DNA of 64,000 nt from a virus, in IMG/VR virus record IMGVR_UViG_3300017991_000096, positions 1 through 64,000 of that record, one strand, 5' to 3'. The position numbers were made by a program, and so were the translations under genes. The notes below the pieces were generated by a model that did no database searches, was not told the origin of the DNA, and saw only the letters and a list, made by a program, of their open reading frames with translations. Each line of letters opens with the position of its first letter. Positions within the stretch are counted from its first letter, which is position 1. Positions 17,614 through 26,546 of this stretch are shown one piece after another.

Positions 17614-18203
17614 TGGGATACAACCCCTCACGATTCACGAAGGGCCGGTTCGTCCAGGTCAGCACGGGCATCATCGTCCCCTTCATGTTCAACCCCACCA
17701 CCGTCGCGCGCGACCACGGATGGAGTTGGTCTGAGCAGGCTATCCCTGGCCGATCTCACCCGTTCTACCAGGGTGGCACTGGCATGGCCGAGAGCATCAG
17801 TTTCACCCTGTTCCTCGACGGCGACCGCGGGCGCTCCGACCGGCGGCGCTCGCTGGCTGAGGTCGGCTTTCAGGACGTGCCCATCGACCTGTCCCCGGAG
17901 ATCAACCAGCTACGCCAGTTGAAGCTGCCCCACGATGTCGAGTTCGATGGGGCCTATGGCGTGCCCGACCGCTTGCTCCTCAACCTCGGGACTTGGTTCT
18001 CTGGGCAGGTGCAACTGGACAGCGTCAACGACCGCGTCACCGAGTGGACCCCCAAGCTGGAGCCGCTGCGCGCTGAGGTGGACATCGAGGCGCATGTGAT
18101 CGTTGAATCCAACGAAACCGACTGGTTGTTCTTCTCCTCGGAGCCGAGCAACGCCCTGACGGAGCGGCCAGAGGTGCTGCCCAGACCGGAGAGTGACTCG
18201 TGA
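17613..18203 (+). CDS. Tube initiator / CIS tube-like baseplate protein
   Basis: FMFNPTTV...IPGRSHPFYQ...ISFTLFLDG...PLRAEVDI. Confidence 0.75.
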   Translation: MGYNPSRFTKGRFVQVSTGIIVPFMFNPTTVARDHGWSWSEQAIPGRSHPFYQGGTGMAESISFTLFLDGDRGRSDRRRSLAEVGFQDVPIDLSPEINQLRQLKLPHDVEFDGAYGVPDRLLLNLGTWFSGQVQLDSVNDRVTEWTPKLEPLRAEVDIEAHVIVESNETDWLFFSSEPSNALTERPEVLPRPESDS

Positions 18204-18559
18204 GCGTCGGACCAGACAGCCGCTACAACCGATCCGCGATCCTCGTCGTGCAGGACCAGTTCGGCCGCCCTCAGCGCAAGCCGTACCTCGACATCTTCGA
18301 GCCGTACAGTGAGATCAACGACCCGACCAACCGGCGCTACGTGGTCAATGATATCGACCGCCCGCACACCCTCGGCTATCGCTTCCTCGGCAACAGCCGC
18401 CACTGGTGGGCTGTCGCGGACTTCAACGAGGTCATCGACCCTTTCGAGGAGTTCCAGCCCACCGCGCAGATCCAGCTACCCAGCCGCGGGACGTTCCAGT
18501 TTGACGTGCTGGACTTCGACCTCGTGGCCGAGAGAGACATCGAGGACGGTGAGGCGTGA
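18200..18559 (+). CDS. LysM/gpX-like baseplate protein
   Basis: SRY...DRPHTLGYRFLGNSRHWWAVADFNEVIDP...IQLP. Confidence 0.8.
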   Translation: MSVGPDSRYNRSAILVVQDQFGRPQRKPYLDIFEPYSEINDPTNRRYVVNDIDRPHTLGYRFLGNSRHWWAVADFNEVIDPFEEFQPTAQIQLPSRGTFQFDVLDFDLVAERDIEDGEA

Positions 18560-20160
18560 CTCAGGCGATCTACACGGCGCGCGTCAAGCCTGTGGTGATG
18601 ATTCGCGTCAACGGGGAGCCACGCCCCGACCTGGAGGAGCGCCGCATCGTCTTTCAGTACAACGACCGTGTGGGCAAGCGGGACACCGCGGAGCTAGTGC
18701 TGGCCGATCCTGGGCGCGAGATCTCCAACGGCGACCTTTTACAGCCTGACGACATCTTCGAGGTGACGTGGGGCTACCCCGACAACATGAGCAAGGTTCG
18801 GACCCTTCGCTTGAAGGGCTGGACGCCGAACTATGACGAAGCCTTCCCCACGGTCAAAGCTAACCTCATGGTTACCAGCGCACGTCAGAAGCTCCAGGGC
18901 AAGCGTAGGGTCACGGAGCCCCACACGACGCAGAAACCGAAGAACTGGGGTAAGCGCGAGAGCAGCGACATCGCCAAGCGCATCGCTCGACGGCATGGGC
19001 TCAAGTTCAAGGGCGATGCCAGTGACGACATCGACGTTCCGTTCTACCAACCGGGCAACGTCAGCGACTACGAGTTCCTTCAACAGCTAGCCGACGACAT
19101 CGACTTCGAGTGCTTCATCGAGGGTGACACGCTCTACTACCGAGCGAAGCCCTACGATGAGCGGCCGAGGCGGGTGTTCTACTACTACCCACAAGGCGGC
19201 GGGCTCACCGATACCCTGCTGCTCAGCTTCACCCCCGAGGTGAAGGTCATCAAGGTAAGCGTCAAGCCTCGCGGCTCCAACACATCGACGGGCGACGCCA
19301 ACGTCAAGTTGGAGGCCACGCTTTCCGGCATCAACGCCGAGTTCTCCGAGCTAGCCGGCACGAACGCCGCCAACGCCCAGACCGCCAGTAACAACGCGCA
19401 GCAGAGCGCCGCCGCTGACCTCACCGCGTCGCTGGAGGCGAGTGCCAACTTCAAGCTGAACCCCAACGCATCGACCGCCCAGCAGGCAGCGCAGAGTCGG
19501 GCTGCGGTGGAGGATGGGCTCGCCGCGCTCAAGAACGCCCGCGCCGATCTGCGCTCCTCGAAAACGCAGACGGGTAAGGCCGCCTACGCCGAGCAGACGA
19601 CGCAGATCAACAGTCAAGCTCAGGGCGACAAGGGGTCCTGTGCGGGCTCGTCACCATCGAAGGCAGGCGACACGCCCACGGGCGAGCCCTCGACCCAGGA
19701 GGCGGTTGTGCTGGGTCTGGGAGACTCTCGGGACCTGACCTACCTGCCAGCCTCCAACGCCCAGTCCCTCGCCACCCCGTCCGTCTCCGAGCGCAAGCGG
19801 CAGCGCGAGGCGTGCGCCAGTTTCGCAAAGATGAAGGACCGGGCTGTGACCGCGTCCGCGGAGTTCGTTGGCGATCCGGCGCTCAGGAGCAAGGTGAACT
19901 ACGAAGTTCGTGGCGTTGGCCGCCGCTTCGAGGGCTCGTGGTATAGTAAAGACACGACACATACGGTAGGAGACAACTACCGAGTGCAGATGAAGCTCAA
20001 GAAAGGCACCATCCGCAAGATCAAGAAAGGCAAGGGGACCAGTGCGAACGCCATGGACCCCAACGCAGCCAACCAGCAGACGAGCGAGGTGCTCGTGCTC
20101 GGACTCGCCAACGAACGTGTCTCCCGCATCGAAACCCGGTCGGGAGTCCCCAACACATAG
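18556..20160 (+). CDS. Baseplate hub (P2 gpD / T4 gp27-like)
   Basis: VTWGY, SDIAKRIARRHGL, QPGNVSDYEFLQQLA, VGDPALR...GVGRRFEGSWY. Confidence 0.85.
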   Translation: MTQAIYTARVKPVVMIRVNGEPRPDLEERRIVFQYNDRVGKRDTAELVLADPGREISNGDLLQPDDIFEVTWGYPDNMSKVRTLRLKGWTPNYDEAFPTVKANLMVTSARQKLQGKRRVTEPHTTQKPKNWGKRESSDIAKRIARRHGLKFKGDASDDIDVPFYQPGNVSDYEFLQQLADDIDFECFIEGDTLYYRAKPYDERPRRVFYYYPQGGGLTDTLLLSFTPEVKVIKVSVKPRGSNTSTGDANVKLEATLSGINAEFSELAGTNAANAQTASNNAQQSAAADLTASLEASANFKLNPNASTAQQAAQSRAAVEDGLAALKNARADLRSSKTQTGKAAYAEQTTQINSQAQGDKGSCAGSSPSKAGDTPTGEPSTQEAVVLGLGDSRDLTYLPASNAQSLATPSVSERKRQREACASFAKMKDRAVTASAEFVGDPALRSKVNYEVRGVGRRFEGSWYSKDTTHTVGDNYRVQMKLKKGTIRKIKKGKGTSANAMDPNAANQQTSEVLVLGLANERVSRIETRSGVPNT

Positions 20161-20169
20161 GACCCCACT

Positions 20170-20898
20170 ATGCCAGCCAAGCCCCTACCCAAAAACGCGA
20201 AGATCCTCCAGGTCAGCAACTTCACCTTCGACGGCACCGATCAGGAGGCGACGGTCACCTACGACGTGGAGCTATCCAACGGAGCCAACGTCGAGTACAC
20301 GTCCACGCTCTGCCCCGAGCAGGACCGCGAGTTCGCGCTCGCGCTCACGCACGTCTGGGACGTGGTCCGCAAGCGGGCATACGAGCCCGTCAAGATCGAG
20401 CGGGAGTTGCTCTGCGACACCTGCACGTCGGCGTGCTGCTACAACTACCACCACGTTCAGGTCACTGAGCGTGACATCGACCGGCTCTGCGAGGCCACCA
20501 AGTCGAAGGACCTTGATGACCTTCGGCGCAAAGGCATCATCGGTGGCGACGGCTCGATGGGCGGCGTCGGCTGGCTCGGCAAGGTGGCGATCGACGAGGA
20601 GACGTGGGAGGAGGTTGGCGATGTCCTCAAGCATCGCCACGTCTGCATGTTCCTTGCTTGGTCTAAGGAGGGCTTGGGTCGCTGCACCATCTACAAGCAC
20701 CGACCGGACACCTGCCGCGGGTTTGAGGAGCAGAACTGCGAGGACTACACCCCGGCCGACGAGAGCCTGGTGCAGATCCGCCGCCTCAACCGCGACGCAA
20801 GGCGCAACCCCATCAATCCCAACTTCCCCAAGGTCGATATGGACCGACTGGCAGAGACGACTGGGGTCGAGATTCGGCCCATGAAAGGACGACGATGA
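20170..20898 (+). CDS. YkgJ-family (CxxCxxCC) cysteine-cluster protein
   Basis: CDTCTSACC...CMFL...RCTIYKHRPDTCRGF. Confidence 0.85.
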   Translation: MPAKPLPKNAKILQVSNFTFDGTDQEATVTYDVELSNGANVEYTSTLCPEQDREFALALTHVWDVVRKRAYEPVKIERELLCDTCTSACCYNYHHVQVTERDIDRLCEATKSKDLDDLRRKGIIGGDGSMGGVGWLGKVAIDEETWEEVGDVLKHRHVCMFLAWSKEGLGRCTIYKHRPDTCRGFEEQNCEDYTPADESLVQIRRLNRDARRNPINPNFPKVDMDRLAETTGVEIRPMKGRR

Positions 20899-21344
20899 GA
20901 CGAGCACTACTCGCCATGGTCGCGTGCCTCGCCCTCTCGGGCTGCGGTAGCGCGTACATCAACACCTACCGCGGAGCGGTCATCACGAAGGAACTCGTGA
21001 CGGAGGCTCACGAGAGCCAGTGGAGCGAGCCCCTGCGCGAGCGGGCCGCCGAGTGCGACACGGAGGCCAACGACACCGTCGCCAAGCTGGACGAGTGCAT
21101 GGCACCGTTCACGAAGGACAACAACGACAAGGTGGTCAAGGCCCTCGCCGCCTACAAGACCGCCGCGTCGGCGCTGAGTGCCATCCTCATCGCCGCCGAG
21201 AAGAACCCCGACGGGCTCGACAAAGACGCCCTCAAGCAAGCCATGAGTGACACCCTCGCCGCTGCCCGAGAGTTGATCTCCCTGTTCCCCGAGGCGGCCG
21301 AGTGGATGGAGCGCGTCGAGATGCTCTTGAAAGGACTGGTGTAG
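20895..21344 (+). CDS. Helical lipoprotein
   Basis: MRRALLAMVACLALSG/C signal peptide with lipobox. Confidence 0.8.
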   Translation: MRRALLAMVACLALSGCGSAYINTYRGAVITKELVTEAHESQWSEPLRERAAECDTEANDTVAKLDECMAPFTKDNNDKVVKALAAYKTAASALSAILIAAEKNPDGLDKDALKQAMSDTLAAARELISLFPEAAEWMERVEMLLKGLV

Positions 21345-21346
21345 CC

Positions 21347-21535
21347 ATGAACATCCTTGGATCCCTACTGGAGAGCGCCGCCAAGGTTCTCAAGCTCAGC
21401 CGCGAGGCGTTCGCCGCCAAGCTGGAGGAGGCCGCTGCTGAGGTCAGGGCGGGCAAGCTGATCCCCGACGCCGCTTTCGAGCGGTCCATCGAGGACAAGG
21501 AACTGCTGGACGAGATCTACGGTCGCCGTAGCTAG
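21347..21535 (+). CDS. Small amphipathic hypothetical protein
   Basis: ATG 2 nt after the lipoprotein stop (MNILGSLLESAAKVL...). Confidence 0.6.
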   Translation: MNILGSLLESAAKVLKLSREAFAAKLEEAAAEVRAGKLIPDAAFERSIEDKELLDEIYGRRS

Positions 21536-21540
21536 ACACC

Positions 21541-22842
21541 ATGCGACGCCCAGAAGAACAGGTCGGCCCCAAAGACGACCGCAAATACTGGGGCTCCTAC
21601 GTCGGGTTCGTCCGAGACACGAACGACCCCGAGCGGAGAGGACGTGTCCGCTTCCATGTACCCGAGGTCGCGGGTGACGAGGACAACACGGATACGTGGC
21701 TCGACTGGGCGTTGCCGAAGATGCCCCTCGCGGGTTTCGACACTGGGGCTCTCCTTGTCCCGCCGTCACCGGAAGAACAGTCCCGAGAGGACCAGGACGG
21801 TGACCGGGAGAGCCCCATCCGTCGCGTGGCGTACTGGATCGAGTTCCGGCACGGCGATCCACGCTTCCCCATCTACACCGGAGGCTTCTGGTACGGCGAG
21901 GGTGACATCCCCAACTACACGCCGCCCATTTCCGAGATCTCCAACAACGGCGATGAGTCGTTCCTGCCGCCCAACGGCAGCGCGGCGACCCGGCTCCTCG
22001 ACTTCAACTCTGACGGTGACCTGGCCGAGAGCGAGCCCGCAAGCGAGCCGCGCCCGAGTAACGAGGCGCTGTACCCTCGCAACAGGTTCTACAAGAGCCC
22101 TAGCGGGCACATCATCGAAGCCGACGACACCCCGAACCGCGAGCGCGTCAAGGTGTACCACCGGGGCGGCACCTACTGGGAGATGACCCCAGATGGTAGC
22201 CTCATCACCAAGGTTGTCGGCAAGCGCTACACCTACGTGAGCGATGACGATCTGCGGCACGTCGTGGGCACCTGCAAGGAGGTTCTCGACCGCGACTACC
22301 ACATCCAGGTTCGCGGCAACACGACCGAGGTCTACCTCCAGGCGCGGCGCATCCTAGAGGAGAGCGAGGTCACCCAGATCTCCAAGGCCAACGTCAGTCG
22401 GCAGATCAACGGCACCTACACCCTGAACGTCGCCTCGCTGCTGCTGGAGTCTCTGGCCGATGCGAACATCGCCGCCGCTGGCACGATGTCGATCGCTGGC
22501 CTGTCTACGACCGTGCTTGGTGCCACGAAGGCGGAGATCATCTCTCCGACAGGGGTGACCCTCGTGGGCTCGTCGTCTCCCGTCGCTGCCATCGAGCCCA
22601 TCATGGGTGGGCTCACCTTCAACGCTGGCCTGGCTACCTTCAACGGTACGTGGGGCGGGCTCGCTGCCACGCTCGCTACTGCGACGGCGGCCTACGCCGC
22701 CACGCGACCGCCCCCACCGGCCCCCGAAGGTGTGTGGCTCGCCGCCATCGCCACCTATCTCAGTGGCCTCGCCGTAGCTATCCCGATCTGGACGGCAGCC
22801 GCGGCAGCTTCCAACACCATCCACCGAGTGACCCCCCTCTAA
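21541..22842 (+). CDS. Baseplate central spike (gp5/gpV/VgrG OB-fold plus beta-helix)
   Basis: YVGFVRDTNDPERRGRVRFHVP, WIEFRHGDPRFPIYTG, KSPSGHIIEADDTPNRERV. Confidence 0.9.
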   Translation: MRRPEEQVGPKDDRKYWGSYVGFVRDTNDPERRGRVRFHVPEVAGDEDNTDTWLDWALPKMPLAGFDTGALLVPPSPEEQSREDQDGDRESPIRRVAYWIEFRHGDPRFPIYTGGFWYGEGDIPNYTPPISEISNNGDESFLPPNGSAATRLLDFNSDGDLAESEPASEPRPSNEALYPRNRFYKSPSGHIIEADDTPNRERVKVYHRGGTYWEMTPDGSLITKVVGKRYTYVSDDDLRHVVGTCKEVLDRDYHIQVRGNTTEVYLQARRILEESEVTQISKANVSRQINGTYTLNVASLLLESLADANIAAAGTMSIAGLSTTVLGATKAEIISPTGVTLVGSSSPVAAIEPIMGGLTFNAGLATFNGTWGGLAATLATATAAYAATRPPPPAPEGVWLAAIATYLSGLAVAIPIWTAAAAASNTIHRVTPL

Positions 22843-24038
22843 TGGCTACCTGGCTTACCATCGACGGTGACGACCTTCCGCTGATCCCTCTGCTGGAGCA
22901 GATCTTCGGTACGCTCGACCCGTTGCTGAACGCTGCGGCTGCGGCTGCTCAGACTGCCGCCACGGCACTGGAGGTCATCGAGACGCTCATCGGTGTCGTG
23001 GGCGACCCGAACGAACTGGTGCGCCAAGCTATCAATGCCCTCATCCAAGACCTGATCACGAATCAGGTCAACGTGCTGCTCATCAAGCCCACGTTCCTGA
23101 CGGACCAGGGTAACCGGGGGCTCGCAGGGTTCGGGCGTATCATCCAAGACGCGCTCACTGACCAGGGTGACATCAACCGCCCCAACTTCGGAGCCAACGA
23201 CACCAGCGGGGGCGTGGTCATCGCTGTTTTTGCCCCCAGCTTTCAGGACTTGGTGCCACTGGCACAGGCGTTCCAGTCCCTCTTTGGCGACGGCTGGCGC
23301 GAGTTCATCGACTACGTCAACAGCCTCCCCGGAGAGCGCCCGCCCTTCAACCTGGTCGGGGCTACTGGCACCGTCACGTCGCTGGTGGAGGGGGCCGATC
23401 CCTCCTCGACCTTCATCGACGCCGACCTGGCCGACTTGCAGAACAACACCGGCAGCCAGTGGAACGGATACCGCATCGACGGCTTCAACGGCCGCAACGC
23501 AGGGCAGTCCGCTATCGTCAACTTTTTCAACCCCTTCGACGGTCGCTTCTTCCTCGATCCCGGCTTCTCCAACGACCTGGAGGTGGGCGATGCCTACGTC
23601 CTCAACTACATCCCGCAGAGCAAGCCTCCCGACTGGTACACGAAGCGGGTCATCGACGTGTTCCCTCCGCTCGCGCTCGCCGTCGATGCGCTCGCACGAG
23701 TCCGCGACCAGATCCCCAACGCTGGCGGTCCTCTCCAAGACGCGCTCAACGTCTTGTCTCGGCTGATCAACCTGCTCCAAGCCAAGGTCGCCCTCATCCA
23801 GAACATCATTGGTCAGATCCAAACCATCGTGGCTCTGCTCCAGCAGCTTGGTAACGTCACGAACTTGAACGTGCTTCCCATCCCACCGCAGAACTTCGGT
23901 GACGTGGGCTTCATCACCGAGTTCTTCCGCGCCCAGAACCCGCCGCCCGTGGCAGCGGACTCGGTCGCACTGGGCCTCGTGCTCTACGGCGGCAGTGGCA
24001 TCTACGGCACCCTTCAACAGATCCTACCCATCCCATGA
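22842..24038 (+). CDS. Baseplate-associated protein with amphipathic helices
   Basis: TAATG overlap with the spike stop; lies between spike and gp25. Confidence 0.7.
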   Translation: MATWLTIDGDDLPLIPLLEQIFGTLDPLLNAAAAAAQTAATALEVIETLIGVVGDPNELVRQAINALIQDLITNQVNVLLIKPTFLTDQGNRGLAGFGRIIQDALTDQGDINRPNFGANDTSGGVVIAVFAPSFQDLVPLAQAFQSLFGDGWREFIDYVNSLPGERPPFNLVGATGTVTSLVEGADPSSTFIDADLADLQNNTGSQWNGYRIDGFNGRNAGQSAIVNFFNPFDGRFFLDPGFSNDLEVGDAYVLNYIPQSKPPDWYTKRVIDVFPPLALAVDALARVRDQIPNAGGPLQDALNVLSRLINLLQAKVALIQNIIGQIQTIVALLQQLGNVTNLNVLPIPPQNFGDVGFITEFFRAQNPPPVAADSVALGLVLYGGSGIYGTLQQILPIP

Positions 24039-24493
24039 CTGACGAGTTCCAGCCCCTCATCCCCGACTTCGACCCTGGCGAGCCTGGTGCTGCGCTCGGC
24101 AAGGGCATGGCGTGGCCGCCCCGCGAGGACCCGACGACGGGTGACTTCAAGCGCGCTGAGGGCGAGGAGTCCATCTCGTCCTGTATCCTCAACCTCATCA
24201 CGACGGTCTACGAGGAGATCCCGCTGCTGGAACTCATGGGCACCCGCATCGAGAGGTTGCTGTTCTCGAACGACCTCGACGGCTTGCTTGAGCTTTTCCG
24301 TCTGGAGGTGGGCGAGGCGCTCAAGCGGCACGAGAAGCGGGTGTTCTACCTGGGCACGACCTTCGAGGTGAGCGGCACAGACCGCAACACGCTGTCGGTC
24401 AAGGCCCGTATCCGCTACCGCGTTCGGGCGACTGGACAGCCCGACACGTTGGTGTTCCCCTTTTCTCTGAACGGAACCCCGGAGGGCGTCTGA
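24035..24493 (+). CDS. Baseplate wedge protein gp25/gpW
   Basis: LGKGMAWP, ESISSCILNLITT..EIPL...GTRIERLLF, ALKRHEKRV. Confidence 0.85.
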   Translation: MTDEFQPLIPDFDPGEPGAALGKGMAWPPREDPTTGDFKRAEGEESISSCILNLITTVYEEIPLLELMGTRIERLLFSNDLDGLLELFRLEVGEALKRHEKRVFYLGTTFEVSGTDRNTLSVKARIRYRVRATGQPDTLVFPFSLNGTPEGV

Positions 24494-24494
24494 C

Positions 24495-26543
24495 ATGGCT
24501 ATCGGAGCAGGTATTGATCTCATCAAGGACAACTCGGTTGTCATCGACTACACGAGCCTTGACGCCCCTGCGGTGGAAGCTGATCTGCGGACCTACGCGC
24601 AGACGCAGTTCCATGACCGCTGGACGAACTTCAACGACAGCGAGTTCGCCGTCGTGTTCCTCAAGATCCTGGCCTACCTCACCGATCTGATCACGTACCA
24701 GTTCAACGTGACCATCGGTGAGACGCAGCCTGCGACGGCGCGGCGTCGAAAGAACTTCATCAACATCGCCAAGGGGTACGACTACGAGTTGCCGGGGCCT
24801 GTGGCGTCGAGCGTCGATATGGAGGTCATCTCCAACGTCGCCCAGATCCCCTACCCCCTCGACGCGGAGAGCTTCAAGGTGGGCGCCGCGAACGGGTCCG
24901 TGTTCATGCCCTCCGCTGACGTGCTCATCACCGCGAGCCCCCAGACGGTGCCCTTCACGAACGGCGACCTACAGGACCAGGAGTTGCTCGGCACGTCGGA
25001 CGGCAGCCCCGCCCAGGAGTACGAGCTTGCCCAGGCCCCTGTGATCTGGAGTGCTGGGGCTCCTGTGCTCACCGTGACCGTAGCTGGGGTGCCTTGGAGC
25101 CGAGAGCGGGCCCGCGTCAACGCGCAGAGCACCAGCGAGGTCTACTTTGTCGAGACGGACGAGGCCGACACCACGCGCATCGTCTTTGGTGACGGCATCA
25201 ACGGCAAGATCCCATCGTTCGGCGCGGAGATCCGAGCCACCTACAAGGTCGGCGGCGGTACAGCGTCGAACATCAACCCTCGCACCATCTCCACCATCCT
25301 GACGCCTGTGCCTGGTGTGCTCTCGGTCCAGAACCCGGCGCGGGCTACGGGCGGCAAGCCGCGGCAGAGCCTCCGCGAAGCCAAGAGTGCCCTGCCCGCC
25401 TCGATCAAGACCAACGACCGGGCGGTGACTGCGGATGACTACGCCGACATCCTGTTCGCTCCCGATGCGCCTTCGGGTACGGCGAAGGCGGGGGCGGCTG
25501 CCGGATTCACGAACGTGGTGTTCGTGTGGGCTGTGCCTGCCGGGGGTCCGCCCTTGTCGAACACGCTGCGAAACGAGATCGCGGCCTACCTCGACATCAA
25601 GAAGGTTGTAGGTAAGCAACCTATCGTCCTCGACGGCGTACCGATCAACATCCGCATGACCCTTGGTGTGTACGTCAAGCCCAACTTCCGCGAGGACGAC
25701 GTTGTGGCGAAGGTCCGCTCCCTGTTCGTGACGGAGGACCCGGCGCAGACCGTGCAGCAGGGTGTGTACGACTTCAACAACGTGGGCATGGGTGCGCGCG
25801 ACGACGAGAACGAACCTCAGATCACGCAGAACCGCATCCACACGCTCGCGCGGTCGCTGCTGGAGTTCGGCCTCCAGCGCATCGTCATCGAGGAGCTACG
25901 CACGACCCCGGTGACCAAACAGCCTCGCCAGCGCGTCAACGCTGGCAACGGCGGCATCTCCAACGTGGTGTACCTGACGCCCCTGCTCGTCCCCAGACGC
26001 GAGTTCAGGATCCTCTGGACCTCCGCCACTGACTTCGAGGTCTACCGCCGCATCGTGGGCGCCTCGACGCTCATCACTGACGACTCGCTGGTGGACAACC
26101 GGCTCAACCTGGACAACGCGCCAGACTTCACCCTACCGCTCCCCGCTGGCTCTCAGTTGAACCCCAACCGGGACCAGACGCTCGCGTTCGACATCGACAC
26201 GGCAGCGACAGTGGGTAACACCATCGTCAAGGATGTCTTGGTGGCCGGCTCCCTGTTCGGCAACGCAGCACCCGGAGACAACTACTACTTGGAGGTTTTC
26301 GACGGCGTGGGATCTGTCGGCGCCCCGACCAACGCGACGGTCACCTACCAGGCTGCGGCAGGCGACCTGGAGTTCAACGTGTCCTCTGGCACCACGGCGT
26401 TCACCTCTGGTGACGAGATCCTGTTCGACGTGTTCCCTCTCGTCGGTGACATCATCTTGCGCGAGGACGAGTATCCGAACTTCCAACGCGACGCCAACGG
26501 CATCGCCATCGACCTCCTGACGCCGGTTCGGGACGCGGAGTAG
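24495..26543 (+). CDS. Baseplate J / gp6-like wedge protein
   Basis: IDYTSLD, WTNFNDSE, LGTSDGSPAQ, IVFGDGINGKIP, ATGG...RAVTADDY. Confidence 0.92.
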   Translation: MAIGAGIDLIKDNSVVIDYTSLDAPAVEADLRTYAQTQFHDRWTNFNDSEFAVVFLKILAYLTDLITYQFNVTIGETQPATARRRKNFINIAKGYDYELPGPVASSVDMEVISNVAQIPYPLDAESFKVGAANGSVFMPSADVLITASPQTVPFTNGDLQDQELLGTSDGSPAQEYELAQAPVIWSAGAPVLTVTVAGVPWSRERARVNAQSTSEVYFVETDEADTTRIVFGDGINGKIPSFGAEIRATYKVGGGTASNINPRTISTILTPVPGVLSVQNPARATGGKPRQSLREAKSALPASIKTNDRAVTADDYADILFAPDAPSGTAKAGAAAGFTNVVFVWAVPAGGPPLSNTLRNEIAAYLDIKKVVGKQPIVLDGVPINIRMTLGVYVKPNFREDDVVAKVRSLFVTEDPAQTVQQGVYDFNNVGMGARDDENEPQITQNRIHTLARSLLEFGLQRIVIEELRTTPVTKQPRQRVNAGNGGISNVVYLTPLLVPRREFRILWTSATDFEVYRRIVGASTLITDDSLVDNRLNLDNAPDFTLPLPAGSQLNPNRDQTLAFDIDTAATVGNTIVKDVLVAGSLFGNAAPGDNYYLEVFDGVGSVGAPTNATVTYQAAAGDLEFNVSSGTTAFTSGDEILFDVFPLVGDIILREDEYPNFQRDANGIAIDLLTPVRDAE

Positions 26544-26546
26544 TCC

